DNA of 64,000 nt. It comes from Anaerolineales bacterium UBA2200 (GTDB lineage: Bacteria > Chloroflexota > Anaerolineae > UBA2200). A model generated the notes under the pieces. The model made no database searches and was not told the DNA's origin. It saw only the letters and a program-made list of their open reading frames with translations. Below, one piece after another: positions 63,501 through 64,000 of this stretch (positions are counted from its first letter, which is position 1; each line of letters starts with the position of its first letter). A program made the translations under genes and the position numbers. The DNA is taken from NCBI GenBank assembly GCA_002327925.1, contig DCVA01000043.1, forward strand, positions 5,948 through 69,947, in the 5' to 3' direction.

Positions 63501-64000
63501 AGTCCTGGAGCCAGACCTTCAGGGGTTACGTGTGCTGATCGTTGACAGTGCGCCGGACGAAGCACAAATGCTGGCCGGCCACCTCAGCTCCTGGGGAATG
63601 CAGACAGAGTCGGCGGATGGCCATGAGCTGGCGCTGCAACTTCTCGGTGACGCGGCCAGCGCAGGTCGACCCTACGACGCGGTACTGGTCGCTCACGACC
63701 CTCCTGCTGTGGACTCTTTTGTCCTCCAGAGGGGATTGGCAGAGTCGGCATCACTGGCCTCAACGAGCGTCGTTCTGCTGGCGGGACCTAGCGTTACGAC
63801 TCCAGCCGGGGCTCCGCCGCAGGACCTGTTCGAGGCCGTACTACCAACTCCGATCGAGCCGCCTGCCCTGTTCAACGCGCTCGTCGATGTGACGCTTGGC
63901 CTTCCGAGGGTCAGAACGACCCGATTGCCCAGTTCCACCAGAGGCCAGGCCCCGCGACTCATATTGCTGGCAGAGGACAACCCGACTACTCAGACCATGG
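60505..64000 (+). CDS. Hybrid sensor histidine kinase (HisKA_7TM - PAS - GAF - PAS - PAS - HisKA - HATPase - pseudo-REC - REC), 3'-truncated by the window edge; missing from the ORF track
   Basis: My translation of frame +1 from ATG 60505 gives a hydrophobic N-terminus. The H-box [54 protein letters not shown] and the terminal ILLAEDNP are all in that frame. I spot-checked the frame rather than checking every codon. Confidence 0.92.
   Translation, partial: [1165 protein letters not shown]

Noticed and set aside
1-64000. tRNA (including tRNA-Sec), rRNA, selA/selB/selD, transposases, integrases and prophage genes
   Set aside because: None recognised by eye in this window. The Sec machinery needed for the selenoprotein calls must lie elsewhere and remains unverified.

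Overview
A GC-rich bacterial window. Gene style and content suggest Chloroflexota, probably Anaerolineae-like (inference). I found no tRNA, rRNA, CRISPR array or intact mobile element. In order: (1) a lipid/glycolipid locus (uppS 3' end, patatin, zf-HC2 protein, GT28 MGDG-synthase-like, ABC1/UbiB kinase, FabH with a C-terminal extension, a broken YghO/bCerS-like GNAT); (2) a promoter-driven structured intergenic RNA candidate, maa, a frameshifted exported protein and a thioesterase; (3) moxR-DUF58, a YprB-TPR-Mth938 fusion, an unannotated Pol-beta-like nucleotidyltransferase divergent from HAD-GNAT and GNAT genes, and an M1 peptidase; (4) a redox region with a pentaheme cytochrome c lipoprotein and two genes split by in-frame TGA at U-x-x-C motifs, i.e. 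two putative extracytoplasmic selenoproteins that the ORF track fragments; (5) glnA, RNase P RNA and a dcw cluster from mraZ to ftsZ that lacks murE; (6) nrdR, a split nrdD and nrdG, followed by psuG-SIS-BtpA-PfkB-CoA-transferase A/B; (7) an MglA GTPase operon with four roadblock-domain proteins, one fused to a receiver domain, divergent from a hybrid histidine kinase that runs off the window end. The best candidates for undescribed biology are the exported selenoprotein/cytochrome module, the nucleotidyltransferase, the REC-MglB/MglA multi-roadblock switch, the split class III RNR and the psuG-linked catabolic operon. All family assignments come from motif recognition by eye; no database searches were run.
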